The notes under the pieces were generated by a model. That model was not told where the DNA came from, ran no database searches, and saw only the letters and a list, made by a program, of their open reading frames with translations. This document shows positions 49,248 to 59,393 of a DNA stretch of 64,000 bases, in pieces (within the stretch, counting starts at the first letter, position 1; each line of letters starts with the position of its first letter). Origin of the DNA: an uncultured virus (IMG/VR IMGVR_UViG_3300031912_000001) (taxonomy: Duplodnaviria; Heunggongvirae; Uroviricota; Caudoviricetes); the IMG/VR virus record IMGVR_UViG_3300031912_000001; one strand, given 5' to 3'. The translations under genes and the position numbers were made by a program.

Positions 49248-49460
49248 TCACGTGTTACACGCGATCGCGAGGTTCATCGCCATCACGGTCTCGCGCAGCT
49301 TGCGGTGCGCCGCCGTGGCATCCGCGGACCCCAGTGTGTGCGCGTCGAACAGATCGGCCAGCTCACGGGCCTTGGCCCGGATGGCCTGGTACGCCGCGAT
49401 CTGCTCGTCGGTCGGCGGATGGTAGGTGTACCAGATGTTCTTCTCGATCTCGGTGGCCAT
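49248..49460 (-). CDS. Acb2/Tad1-like helical-hairpin protein
   Basis: YTYHPP..EQ...Y..IR...KLRETVM..N.AIA pattern. Confidence 0.6.
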   Translation of the reverse strand: MATEIEKNIWYTYHPPTDEQIAAYQAIRAKARELADLFDAHTLGSADATAAHRKLRETVMAMNLAIACNT

Positions 49461-49904
49461 TCAGATCGTTCCTTCCCTTCCGAAGTTCGGCAGCGCAGGC
49501 TTGCCGTCCGCTCTGCCCCACAGGTGAAGCACGTTCGCGGTGATGTTGATGTGCTCGGCGGACGGGACGAAACACTGATAGGCGTGCCCGTCCGCGAACA
49601 CGGCGTGGTGCAGCATCTTCAGATCCGCATACGACGGGAACCGATAGGGCTTCTCGTAGCTGATCGAGGCGTGCAGCCAGTCCGTGCCGGGCTCGCTGTC
49701 GGGGTCCCAAGATACGATGATCCCGCGGCCGTTGCCCAGGATGTACCAGGCGTCATCACCCAGTCGCTTAGGCTTGTCCCACTCCCCCTGTAGTCGCCGG
49801 TGGACCGCGGCGATGTCGATGTTGTCCGCGGGCAGCCCGGTCATGTTGTCCTCGCAGCGTTCGGTCCCGTCGTAGTCCTCGGGATGGTAATCAAACTGGC
49901 TCAC
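49461..49904 (-). CDS. conserved phage protein (DUF7694-like)
   Basis: WLHASIS...PSYADL...AYQCF.P..EHINI..NVLHLW. Confidence 0.55.
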   Translation of the reverse strand: MSQFDYHPEDYDGTERCEDNMTGLPADNIDIAAVHRRLQGEWDKPKRLGDDAWYILGNGRGIIVSWDPDSEPGTDWLHASISYEKPYRFPSYADLKMLHHAVFADGHAYQCFVPSAEHINITANVLHLWGRADGKPALPNFGREGTI

Positions 49905-51016
49905 ATCACCGCCCCGTCCGGCCACAGCATGTCGTAATCCTCCTTCGGGCAATGCTGGCGCCGCCGCCGCACTGGGTCGAGCTGCCGGTGTTTCGGCTCA
50001 AGCACTGTCTGCTGGTCACGCTCGACCCACTCATGGAAACCCAGCAGGCATCTAACGCGCATACGGGTTGAACCTCCTCCGGCGCCACCACGGCCGCGCC
50101 TCAACCTCCTCAATCGCCCGCAACAAGCTGATGTTGCAACCGACCAGCTTGGTGATGATCTCCTCAACCTCGGCGGATGTGGGCCGGATAGCGGGATGGT
50201 GGTGCAGCTTGTTCCAGCGGTTCATCGTCTCGGTGACATCATCACGCGCCATCTCTACGAAGCTGCTCATAGCCGCGCCTGCCGGAATAAGTCCACCTTG
50301 TGGCCGAGATGCTTGTTGAGCTCCACCGTGCGCTCACCAGGCCGAGCGAAGACATACATCTGACGGCACGTATCGCAATCCAGCACGTAGTCGATCACGC
50401 GGCCATCGGACGTACGCTCGCTCACTTGATCTGCTCCATCACCGGCCCATAAGTACCGTTCATCTCAATCCGCTCGCCCTGCCACAGCATCCCCTCACAG
50501 CAGCACTGCCGGTCAGGCCACCGGCACTGCCGCCCAACATGGCGGTAAGCAAAATGCCCGCAATCAGCACAGATCCCACCAGGACCAGCGTCATACAGAT
50601 CCTGCACAGCGCTCACGGCGCTCACTTGGTCTGCTCCCGCAACCCCACCCCGAACGCAACCGCCTGGCACTTCATATCGTTCTCGACCGCATAACGCATC
50701 GCCGCCAGCTCCGTGCCGAACAACACGAACTCCGAGCCGTCGGAATGATACGCACACCACACATGCCGCTGAGCCCTCTCGGCCTTCGCCTTACGCGCCG
50801 CCACCCCGCGCGTTCGCGTGTCCACGTCCGTGCCCGCCGCCGTCTCAGCCATCCGCTAACTCCTCACTCCTGCCTAACCAAACGCCTCACCAGCGCAAAC
50901 TTCCAAACCGTCGCCCGGCCGGAGACACGACGCAGCAAATCCCACAACCCCACACACAACACCCCACCCAAATACAGCACACAACCCACCAACACCAAAA
51001 ACAGGAACCCGTCCAC
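49901..51016 (-). other. six short hypothetical genes at the start of the leftward operon
   Basis: Coupled ORFs including 50052..50270, 50622..50852 and 50864..51016 (membrane). Confidence 0.45.
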
Positions 51017-51667
51017 TCGCACCTTTCTCGTGGGAAACCGGCCCAATCAGGCCAGATGGGTCCGGTCCTTCGCGTCTTTCGTTCCGGCAACCCCCACCGA
51101 GGTCTTACCTCGCGCTGATAGACGAGGGGCGCTAGCAGATCAACCCTAGCAGCACCACTTCCACACGCATACTGAAACACATGGCGTGGCAAGACGTCCG
51201 CTGGCACCTGGCCTGGAAACTGCACCACCTCACCCACCGCCGCTGGTGGCCGCCCAACCGCAAAGCCCGACACACCCTCCAACAACACATGGAGCAACTA
51301 GCCCGCACCGACCCCCACGCCCCCGACCGGGAGTACTAGCCCTGACCAGTGGCTTTGATGCGCGATTTACCGGTATCTGGGTAAAATCCAAACAACGCGC
51401 GGGATGCGTTGTCGCAGCACGTTTTTCACGCGCTAGCAAACACGTCTGAAACATCCACTGCCGCAACGCATTTCGGGTACATTCGCGGCGATGCGCAAAA
51501 CTAGTTCTCACGGGGGGAGAAACCGCGAGCTACCGCCGCAGCCGGGCGCCCCGGCTGCCACTTTGTCACCACGCGCCGCGCGCGCCGCGCGCGTCACGCC
51601 AGTCACAAGCGCTAGAGCGGACGCGCGCGAACGGGCGCGCGACCGTCGGGCCCTCACCCGTCGAGCC

Positions 51668-52052
51668 TGGTACGGGCGTGCCAGTCTTCTGGCACGGCCG
51701 AAGGCGGCCGATCTGGTACGCGCGTGCCGATCGATTTGGTACGGCCGTACAAGGTCTCGAGCGGCCGCTCGGCGGCCGCTCGAGTGCGCGCGTGGGGGCT
51801 CGAGCTCGGCCGGCTCGAGCCGGGGCCGCTCGAGCGCGCGCGTGGCTCTGCGGCCGCGCGTGGGGGAGCTGCGCCGGCCGGCGCTGCGGTGTGAGCCGGC
51901 GGCGCTGCGGGTGAGCAGAGCTGGGTCGTTTGGTACGGCCGTGCCACTGTTGGGCGCTCAACCGGCCGGTTGGTCAGTGGCTCTGTTTGGTCTAACCATT
52001 GGACCATCGCGACCTGGGGAAACGCGAGCCAGCAAACAAGTGGTACGGCCGT
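51668..52052 (+). repeat. six copies of a TGGTACGGCCGT-like 12-mer
   Basis: Starts at 51668, 51690, 51714, 51737, 51931, 52041. Confidence 0.7.
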
Positions 52053-52350
52053 CTGCTAGCTAGAGTTAGCACTAGCTAGCGCTGATTCCGGCGCCGGTTG
52101 CCCGCAGAGCGACGAGACGGCCGCTCCCGTGGTGCCCATGCCGGCCGAGCATGTTCGTGGCTCTACGTGGCAGCTAGGGCGCAGCAATGGCCTGCCTAGC
52201 GTGGGCGCATGCCGGCCGCGTGGTGTGCCACCTGCGGGAATGTGTTGGGCACGGACTGCTAGCGCGGCCGTGTGGCGCCGGTTTGCGCGGTGCTAGCTGA
52301 TTTGGGCGCCGAGCTCGCAGTGTTCTGCGGCCGATGCCACAGCACCACTA

Positions 52351-52366
52351 TCGAACAGTTGTTCGA
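52351..52366. promoter_or_regulatory. actinobacterial LexA (SOS) box
   Basis: TCGAAC-AGTT-GTTCGA, an exact match to TCGAAC-N4-GTTCGA, intergenic. Confidence 0.75.
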
Positions 52367-52642
52367 ATCACCAGTGCTCTCGGAAATTCGGCCGGCGCCC
52401 TGCCTGGCACCGATCCGGCGGCCGTCGCACGCGGGTCATTGCTGCGCTCTAGCGCGGCCGCAGAGCGGCGCTACGGCCGGCGCTGTGGTACTGCTGCCGA
52501 GCCGGCCGGCCGGCGCTACAGGTGTTCACTTCACCAGCGCGCGCGCGCGCACGCCAAAGCGCCGGCCGCGTGGGAGGTGGCACGCGGCCGGCGCTCGGTG
52601 TGCTCGGAGACGCTACGCCATGCAGGTCTCTCCGAGCCGGCT

Positions 52643-53404
52643 CTACACAATCGCGAGCGGCGCGAACCTGCGAGCCCCCGAGCCGTGCGCCTCAATCGTC
52701 ACGTCATGGCGGCGCCCGGAGTCGGTGCCGCCGCACTGCAGGCAGACGCTGCAGGTCGTCTTGCGGCCGGCCTCCGCGCTCGCTGGGCAGGTGATGAGCC
52801 CGCGAGGTTTGGGTGTGCCGATCGGGCGCACCACGAACAGTCGGTATCCGAGCTCGCGAGCGGCGCTGATGTGCTCGGGGCCGTCGACGCTGGCTCGGCA
52901 GATCCGAGCGAAACGCGGGTCGGCGTGGCGCCACTGGTGTGTGTATCCCGTGCAATGCGCGGCCGCCGCGCTGATCTGCTCCCACACGTCGAACGGCACG
53001 GCCGCCGGATCGCCATAGCTGCCGATACGGACCTTACGGCCGGCGAACACCGACACGTCGAACGGCCGTGTTTGGCGTGGGCCGTGACCGATACCGTTGC
53101 GCTTGTACGCGGCCCACGTCGAACGCGGCGCTTGTCCGACGTTCACGTAGCACGCGCCGCTACCGCCCGACGGTCGTGAGCGGTGCGGGCAGTCGCCACA
53201 GATTGCGGTGTCGGTGCCCTCGCGTAACGCGTCGAGCGGCGCAATGTCGTCGCGCAAAATCCAGGTTTGGATCATTCCGCCGGTCTTGGCGTTGGCGGAG
53301 CTCTTGTCACCCGTGCGTGTGTCATAGGTGGCGAGCACCACGATGGGCACCGACGGGTCTAGCGCGCTCGGTCCCCGATAAACGATCATTCGCTGCTTAC
53401 TCAT
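52643..53404 (-). CDS. Cys-rich phage protein (gp88/DUF7227-like, possibly Fe-S)
   Basis: NAKTG, ICGDCPHR...CYV, RIGSYGDP, GYTHQW, CPA...CSVCLQC. Confidence 0.6.
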   Translation of the reverse strand: MSKQRMIVYRGPSALDPSVPIVVLATYDTRTGDKSSANAKTGGMIQTWILRDDIAPLDALREGTDTAICGDCPHRSRPSGGSGACYVNVGQAPRSTWAAYKRNGIGHGPRQTRPFDVSVFAGRKVRIGSYGDPAAVPFDVWEQISAAAAHCTGYTHQWRHADPRFARICRASVDGPEHISAARELGYRLFVVRPIGTPKPRGLITCPASAEAGRKTTCSVCLQCGGTDSGRRHDVTIEAHGSGARRFAPLAIV

Positions 53405-53468
53405 GCCCCCAACCTACAGCACCGCTGTGGCTGTTGTCTAGCAGCACCGCTGTGGGTATAGTGGGGCT
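53405..53468. promoter_or_regulatory. divergent leaderless SigA-like promoters, each with a CAGCACCGCTG operator in the spacer
   Basis: Plus TTGTCT-17-TATAGT-6-ATG; minus TAGACA-18-TAGGTT-6-ATG; operators at 53417 and 53442. Confidence 0.75.
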
Positions 53469-53906
53469 ATGACGTTCCGCTCGTTCGCCGGCCGCGAGTA
53501 TCGCGGTGTCCGCGTGGGCGGATACCGCAACCTCGCGAGCCGTGACCCGAAAACGCAATGGTCATTCAAAGCGCTTGACGGTCCCGACAAGGGACTGAAG
53601 GTGGCCGAGGGCGAATCGGCCGCGCTGACCGACTGCGCACCGTACGTGCGCCGATCGACCCGCGAGCGCATCCTCGCCGGCTCGGCCGATCAGGCCAAAG
53701 GTCACAAGGGGCACCGCGAGGTACACGCGTGGATAACCGGCATCCTCGCCGAGGATGAGCCCGAGCTCGCGGCGCCGGCTCGCGTCACGTATCACCCGTT
53801 CGAACGCGGCGACTTCTTTTACCCCGACACGGGTGAGACGTTTACCGGCGCCGCGCTTGTCGTGTTCTCACACGATGGGCACTGCTACACCGAGCGCGCG
53901 TCATGA
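53469..53906 (+). CDS. conserved phage hypothetical protein
   Basis: YRNL...WSFKA..GPDKG...VHAW..G...VTYHPF. Confidence 0.65.
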   Translation: MTFRSFAGREYRGVRVGGYRNLASRDPKTQWSFKALDGPDKGLKVAEGESAALTDCAPYVRRSTRERILAGSADQAKGHKGHREVHAWITGILAEDEPELAAPARVTYHPFERGDFFYPDTGETFTGAALVVFSHDGHCYTERAS

Positions 53907-54658
53907 CCGCCATCGTGGGCGCCATCGTCGGGCTAGTCGTGGTGCTGCCGTACGCGGTGCGGGAATGGCGCATCAACGCCGAGCTTGACCGTCGCCACAT
54001 CGGGGATGCGCGGTGAGCGCGGCCGTGTGTCCGTGCCGCTCGGCGTGGGAATGCTGCTGCGGGCCGATCGCCTGGGATGCGCCGGCCGAGACCATCACCG
54101 AGCTTGACGTTATCGACCCGGACACCGAGCTTGACCTTGACGAGCTCGCGGCCGCGCGCGCGTTCGCCGCCGAGGTCGCATCGTGTTGCGCCGGCCGTGA
54201 CCCGTGGTGCGGTCACTACCGGTTCGAACAGAGTTTCGCGTAACCAGCTCGGCCGGCCGGCCGAGCGACCAACAGGAAAGGGAATCAATGATCACGCACT
54301 ACCTGTCGATAACGTTCGTCATCGCCGGTCTGGGCATGCTGCTCAGCGCGCCTATCACGGCGCTGCGCACGATGGCGCCCAAGACCGACGACACCGACAC
54401 CGAGCAGGCCGGCGAGTGAGCTCGGCCGAGCTGACCGAGCCGGCGCCCACCGTGGCGCCGGCTCACGGCTGTGAGCACACCACAGCCGAGCATCACGCCA
54501 CCCGCCGGTTGACCGGCGCCACCTGGGCGCTGGTCATCGCCACCATTGCCCTGGTCATCGTGACCGCCATGCTTGCGCTCAAAACCGAGCACGAGAGCCA
54601 CGCGCCGGCCGAGCCGAGCTGCGCCACATCACAACACGAAGGGAACACCGCACCATGA
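53903..54658 (+). other. four short genes, three with TM segments (53903..54016, 54013..54243, 54288..54419, 54416..54658)
   Basis: ATGA/GTGA overlaps and SD sequences. Confidence 0.45.
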
Positions 54659-54862
54659 CGAAATACGAGACCGTCACGACACACCAAATCCGCAAGGGCG
54701 ACCTCATCGCCACATACGGCATGCGGCTACGTGTCGACCGCGAGCCGCACCAGTCCAAAGCTCACCCGGTCGAGACCGACGAGCGCGGCGGCGCCGTGAT
54801 GTGCGCGCGCGCGCTGATCGAAAACTGGGACGAACTGGTGGAGCGATCCAAGACCGACACCA
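54655..54862 (+). pseudogene. 5' part of gene A, split by an inversion (3' part at 55698..55822, minus strand)
   Basis: Joins in frame across ACACCA to TVAGFIVALV...WTIQGNSLARW. Confidence 0.75.
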
Positions 54863-54953
54863 GGCCGGTGACGACCGGACGCCCGTCCGCGAACACGGCC
54901 CACGAATAGGCGTCGTCGCCCATGTACTTGCGGGTGGTCACCTTGACGGTCAT
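54863..54953 (-). pseudogene. 5' part of gene B, split by the inversion (3' part at 55823..55902, plus strand)
   Basis: MTVKVTTRKYMGDDAYSWAVFADGRPVVTGL joins in frame to (VL)SQSEARYHKRQVQQMYAEKEAKR. Confidence 0.75.
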
Positions 54954-55694
54954 CGCTGTACCTCCGGTTCCGGGATGTCGTAGGTGCCCTCATCGAAGAA
55001 ATGGCCCTGGTCGGGCGCGTGAGCCGACTGGCCTTCGTACCGTTTCGGCTGCCCCGCGTTGTACCAGCAGGCCGCGTGCCACACAGTCGGGCCGTCGTTG
55101 TTCGATGTCCAGCAGCACACAGGTTCGACGCTGCCGTCCTCGTCACCGGCCACGCAGTCGCCGTCCTCGTTGTCGAGCCGCCCGTAGCCGTCGTAGAAGC
55201 CGCGCACGCGGGTGCCGTCGCTGTAGATCGCGACACAGTCGCTCATCCACGCGTTGATCACCTCCGTGTTGAACGTGGGCAGGATCGGGTTTTTGCACCC
55301 GTTGCAGAGCGCACTGAAAAGACCCATCAGCGGGCCTCCTTCCTTGGTGGGACGATGCGGTACTCCCATCTCCGCGACCGGTTGAACCGGGCTTGGACGA
55401 TGCTTCCGTCGTCGTTGGTGTGGACTGTCTGCCATCCGTTTCGCTGGGCCATCAGTACGCCCGCCAAATCTTGTTCGCGTAGGCGCGCGCTTCCGCGAGG
55501 TCGTGGAAGCCTCGGCTGACCGGGAGGAGGTTGTGGCCGTCGAGTGCTGTGACGCTGTACCGCTTGATGCCCGCCACTGCTTTGCCCGGTCCCATGTCCC
55601 GCAGGAGGACCGTTGCCTTGCCGCTCTTGGTGAGGCTTTCGAGCCGCCGCTGTCCGCCTACGATGGTCCACTGAACTTTGCTGGAGACTTTCAC
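54950..55694 (-). CDS. three intact genes inside the inversion (54950..55327 GxYDGYG-motif protein, 55327..55452, 55452..55694)
   Basis: Coupled ORFs with TGATG/ATGA overlaps. Confidence 0.55.
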
Positions 55695-55923
55695 GGCTCA
55701 GCCTTCCTCGACCACGCGGGACCACCTGGCGAGGCTGTTGCCCTGGATTGTCCAGCGCGGCTCGGTGTCGCGGCCGTCGCGCAGGTCACCGCGAACGAGC
55801 GCGACGATGAAACCCGCGACGGTGGTGTTGTCCCAATCCGAGGCCCGCTACCACAAGCGGCAAGTCCAGCAGATGTACGCCGAGAAGGAGGCGAAGCGAT
55901 GACTGTCAAGCACCCAGAAGTGC

Positions 55924-56352
55924 TCACGGGCTGTACACGCGATAAGTGACACCCCGCCGAATACGCGTCGCGCCGCACTCGCAACGCGTCTCCACATGCG
56001 CGGTGCCGGCCGGTAGCCATTGGTGGACGTGGCCGATCACCTCGCCGGCCGGCGTGCGCGCGGCGAGCACGAACGTGGCGAGCATGTCCAAAGCCTTCCG
56101 GTCACGCGGCGCCAACCCGGTTGGATAGCCCTGCTCGCGGCGCGTCGCGGCGATATCGTCCAACAGCGCAACGTCGTCAACTTCGCAGCCGGACGCGAAG
56201 CCGGCGAGGATGTAGCCCACGCCGGCCGGCGCCTGCCACCACGAGGCGATCGTCACGGCCGTGGCCGGATCGATCTCGTGGCTGCCGTAGGACAGCTCTA
56301 CGTCCGCGTAGGCTTCCTCGCTGGTGACGTGACGCTCGCGAACCTGAATCAT
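55924..56352 (-). CDS. hypothetical protein
   Basis: SD AGGAGAGG; EIDPATAVTIASWW motif; has its own promoter. Confidence 0.6.
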   Translation of the reverse strand: MIQVRERHVTSEEAYADVELSYGSHEIDPATAVTIASWWQAPAGVGYILAGFASGCEVDDVALLDDIAATRREQGYPTGLAPRDRKALDMLATFVLAARTPAGEVIGHVHQWLPAGTAHVETRCECGATRIRRGVTYRVYSP

Positions 56353-56394
56353 TTTGGTGCTTCCTCTCCTGGGGCCGAATCGAACATTTCCCCA

Positions 56395-56612
56395 ACCCTA
56401 CAGCATCGCTGTCGTGAAAGTCAACAGCGCCGCTGCGATAACGTAGGGCGCCGGCTCGCGCGTCTCCCCCCGGCGTTCGCACCGATGAAAAGGGCTTCGC
56501 GTTCGCGGTCCCCCGTGGACTCATCTGGGAGGGTCACCCTCCCGAAACCTGTGACGCAGCTCACTCAGTCCCGCTGTTGACGCTTGCGCTAGCGGCGCTG
56601 TAGCTTCGTGGT
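56395..56612. promoter_or_regulatory. divergent promoters with operator copies, a CRP-like site and a 17-bp palindrome
   Basis: Minus TTGACT-18-TAGGGT; plus TTGACG-18-TAGCTT; operator variants at 56401, 56425, 56566, 56590; TGTGA-N6-TCACT at 56550; GGGAGGGT-C-ACCCTCCC at 56527. Confidence 0.7.
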
Positions 56613-56649
56613 GTAAGCACAACCTCCCACGAGAACGGAACACCAACCC

Positions 56650-57958
56650 ATGAGCACAGTCATCCGAGTCAACGTCCACCACCCACAGCTCACCGAGCTG
56701 AGCCGGCTAACCAGCGGCGCCATCACCGTCGATTTCGGCGACGACGAACCATTCGGCACCAAAGTCACGCTGTTTCTGACCGACGACGAGCTGGCCGGCG
56801 TGATCGCCGAGCTGCTCGCGTTTCAGTCCAACGATTCGGCGGCGGCGTAGTCATGGGAATCACCGCATGGCTGCAAATCGAAGAGCCCGACACCACCACC
56901 AGCACCACCGACGACGAGGAGAACCGGCCATGACCGAGCTGACCAAACTGAACCCGCGCGAGCTGGGCGCGCTCGTACGCGCCGGCAACAAAACGCTGAT
57001 GGTCCACTGGATCAACCAAGACCTGTTCTTCCGCGCCGATAATGACGTCCGCACGTCCATCGTGTTCTACGACGACGCCCGCATGTTCGCCTACGCGTTC
57101 CCCAAGATGACCGAGCAGAGCCGCGAGCTGTTGTTCGCGGCGCCCGAATTCGCCGACTTCGTCACCGAGCTCGGTATCCGCTACTGGAGCAAGGGAGTCT
57201 GACCATGCGCAAGGGCGACATCATCGCCTACCTCGACCAGTTCGAGGACGGCGACGAGATCACTCTGGATGACCTCGCGATCATGTTCGAGGAGTTCGAG
57301 CGATGAGCTGCGACCACCTCGCCTGCCGCATCCCGGCGATCCTGCGGCCGGCCGACGTCGATGCTGTCGTGATCGCGACGCGTCCGGGCGGTGCCGTGCT
57401 GCACGCGCGCGTGTATCACGCCGGCCGGTTTATCGGCTCGGTAATGGACCGCGGATTCACCCCGTTCACCGCGCACCGCGACGACTGGGTGCCGGCGTGG
57501 GATGTGTTCGCCGGCGGTAACCATGTCGCTGCGCGGCTGCCCGACATGGCGGCCGCTGTCGCCAAGCTGTGCGACCACGTCGCGTGGGCTTCGTTTCACG
57601 CCAGGATGGCGCTGCACTGATGAACACCCGCGACAAGATCCGCGTCGCCGCCGCCGACGAGGGCTGGACACTGAACGTGCTGTCCGGCGCCGACCAGCGG
57701 TGGGGTGCCGACGAATTCACCCGCCCCGCCGAACCCGGCGAGCTGCTGGCCGCGATGATGGCCGCTGGTGGCGCCACCTGGGGACCGGCCGACCGCATCG
57801 TGGTGTGGTACACGGCGCTGGGCGGGATCGAACGGGCCCGGCTGCAGACACCCGCGCAGCAGAGCCTGATCCACGGCGGCCACAGCGACTGGGCCGCGCT
57901 GACCCGTGGCCCCAACCGGGCACGCCAAGTCCTCGCATGGCTTGAAGGCCGGCGATGA
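56650..57958 (+). other. operon of short hypothetical genes (56650..56850, 56930..57202, 57303..57620, 57620..57958 and two tiny ORFs)
   Basis: Coupled ORFs with SD sequences. Confidence 0.5.
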
Positions 57959-58281
57959 GCGTGGCGGGGACGGTCTATCTGCTGCATTTCGACCGCCGCT
58001 ATGAGCACGCCGGCCACTACCTGGGCTGGGCCGCCGACCTCGACAGCCGCCTCGCGGCACACCGCGCCGGCGCCGGCGCCCGCCTCACGAGCGTCGTCAA
58101 GGGCGCCGGCATCGACTGGAGCCTGGCCGCCACCTGGAGCGGTGACCGCGCCCTGGAGCGGCGCATCAAACGCAACGGCGGGCTTGCCCGCTGCTGCCCC
58201 ATCTGCGGTGGGCGCCGGTTCGCCGCGACAGCCAAGCTGCCGGAATTTCCTGGCTGCTTCGAACAGGAGAGCAACGCATGA
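57955..58281 (+). CDS. GIY-YIG-like endonuclease
   Basis: VYLLHF...HYLGW..DL..RL..H..G.GARL...ERRIK. Confidence 0.7.
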   Translation: MSVAGTVYLLHFDRRYEHAGHYLGWAADLDSRLAAHRAGAGARLTSVVKGAGIDWSLAATWSGDRALERRIKRNGGLARCCPICGGRRFAATAKLPEFPGCFEQESNA

Positions 58282-59343
58282 GAACCGAGATCCGCAACGC
58301 CAACGATCCACAATTCGACGCCGACACCATCACCGCCGTCCTCGACAACGGCGCGCTGGTGCTCTACGCACTGACCGCCCGCGACGGCGTCACGCTGATC
58401 CAGATCGACCCGGACGGCGAGACCGGCACGTTCCGTGTCGCCGTTCAGGACGCGATCATCTGGGAGGGCGACTGGCAGGCCGGCCAGGAGGAGCCCGTGC
58501 GTGACTGGCGCGCCGGCCTGCCCCGCTCCTGGGAGGACGATGAGCGGTTCCCCATGAGCGACTGGCGCTACGAAGTGGGCGAAGGTGACACGCTGCTCGG
58601 CTACGCCGACTGGGTCGCCAACCAGCGCGAGTTCAGCACCGACGAGGAGCAGAGCTGATGACCCAGGTGCCCGAGCTGACCCGAGCGCACGGCGAGCACT
58701 CCCAGTTTGTCCCCGGCTGCGGGGTGTGTCGCTTCGAATTCGAGGCGCGCCTGGCCGCCCAGCTGGCGAATGATCCGCTGTGGCCGCGCTACCGCGACGT
58801 CACGCTGCGCTGCGAGGCCGGCGACGACGCCACCGACGAGACCGGATTCGGCGACGATTACGCAGGCGCGTGGCGCGAGCTGGCCGAGGGCGGATTCACC
58901 GAGACGTACTGGCATTGGCACGAGGCGTCCTACCACGGCGGCAACAACGTGTACGGCACCACGCAGGCGTTCCGGGTGCGCCACACCTTCCGTGACCCGC
59001 ACAGCGGCCGCTGGGCGTGGCTGACGTACATCGTGGAGCGCCGGCGATGAGCCGCGACGAGCAGGCCCGCGCGGGTCTGATCGCGCTCGCGCGCCGCGAG
59101 GGCTGGACCGTGGTGGCAGACATCGCCGACGGTGTCAGTCCGTTCAACACGGTGTTCTTTCGGCGGCTGCCCAGCGGGTTCCGTGAGCTGATCTACGTCA
59201 ACATCATCGCCGGCCGGGTGACCCGCGCGGAGTACATGGTGCCGGTGACGGCCGCGCCGGAGCACAAGTTTGTGCGGTGGCACCGCGACAAGCTGGCGTG
59301 TGTGCAGTTGGCGTTGAAGGGTGAGCTGGTGGACCCACGATGA
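58278..59343 (+). other. three hypothetical genes (58278..58658, 58658..59050, 59047..59343)
   Basis: Start/stop overlaps. Confidence 0.55.
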
Positions 59344-59349
59344 ATGTCA

Positions 59350-59393
59350 CAGCACCACTTGACACCTCACAGCACCGCTGCTACATTGGTCTC
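59350..59393 (+). promoter_or_regulatory. leaderless SigA-like promoter with operator
   Basis: TTGACA-17-TACATT-6-ATG (59394); CAGCACCGCTG at 59370, degenerate copy at 59350. Confidence 0.8.

Larger units (their letters stand above)
54857..55828. other. inverted segment bounded by ACACCA / TGGTGT
   Basis: Re-inversion restores two ORFs and makes the operon co-directional. Confidence 0.75.

Noticed and set aside
51035..51135. Hairpin-rich stretch as a tRNA or known ncRNA
   Set aside because: No cloverleaf or T-loop signature; more likely a structured 5' leader, and I cannot assign a family.
51668..52052. Repeats as a possible CRISPR array
   Set aside because: Units are only about 12 bp, degenerate and irregularly spaced; no cas genes.
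54224..54239. Second SOS-like box TCGAAC-AGAG-TTTCGC
   Set aside because: Two mismatches in one half-site and inside an ORF end; too weak to call.
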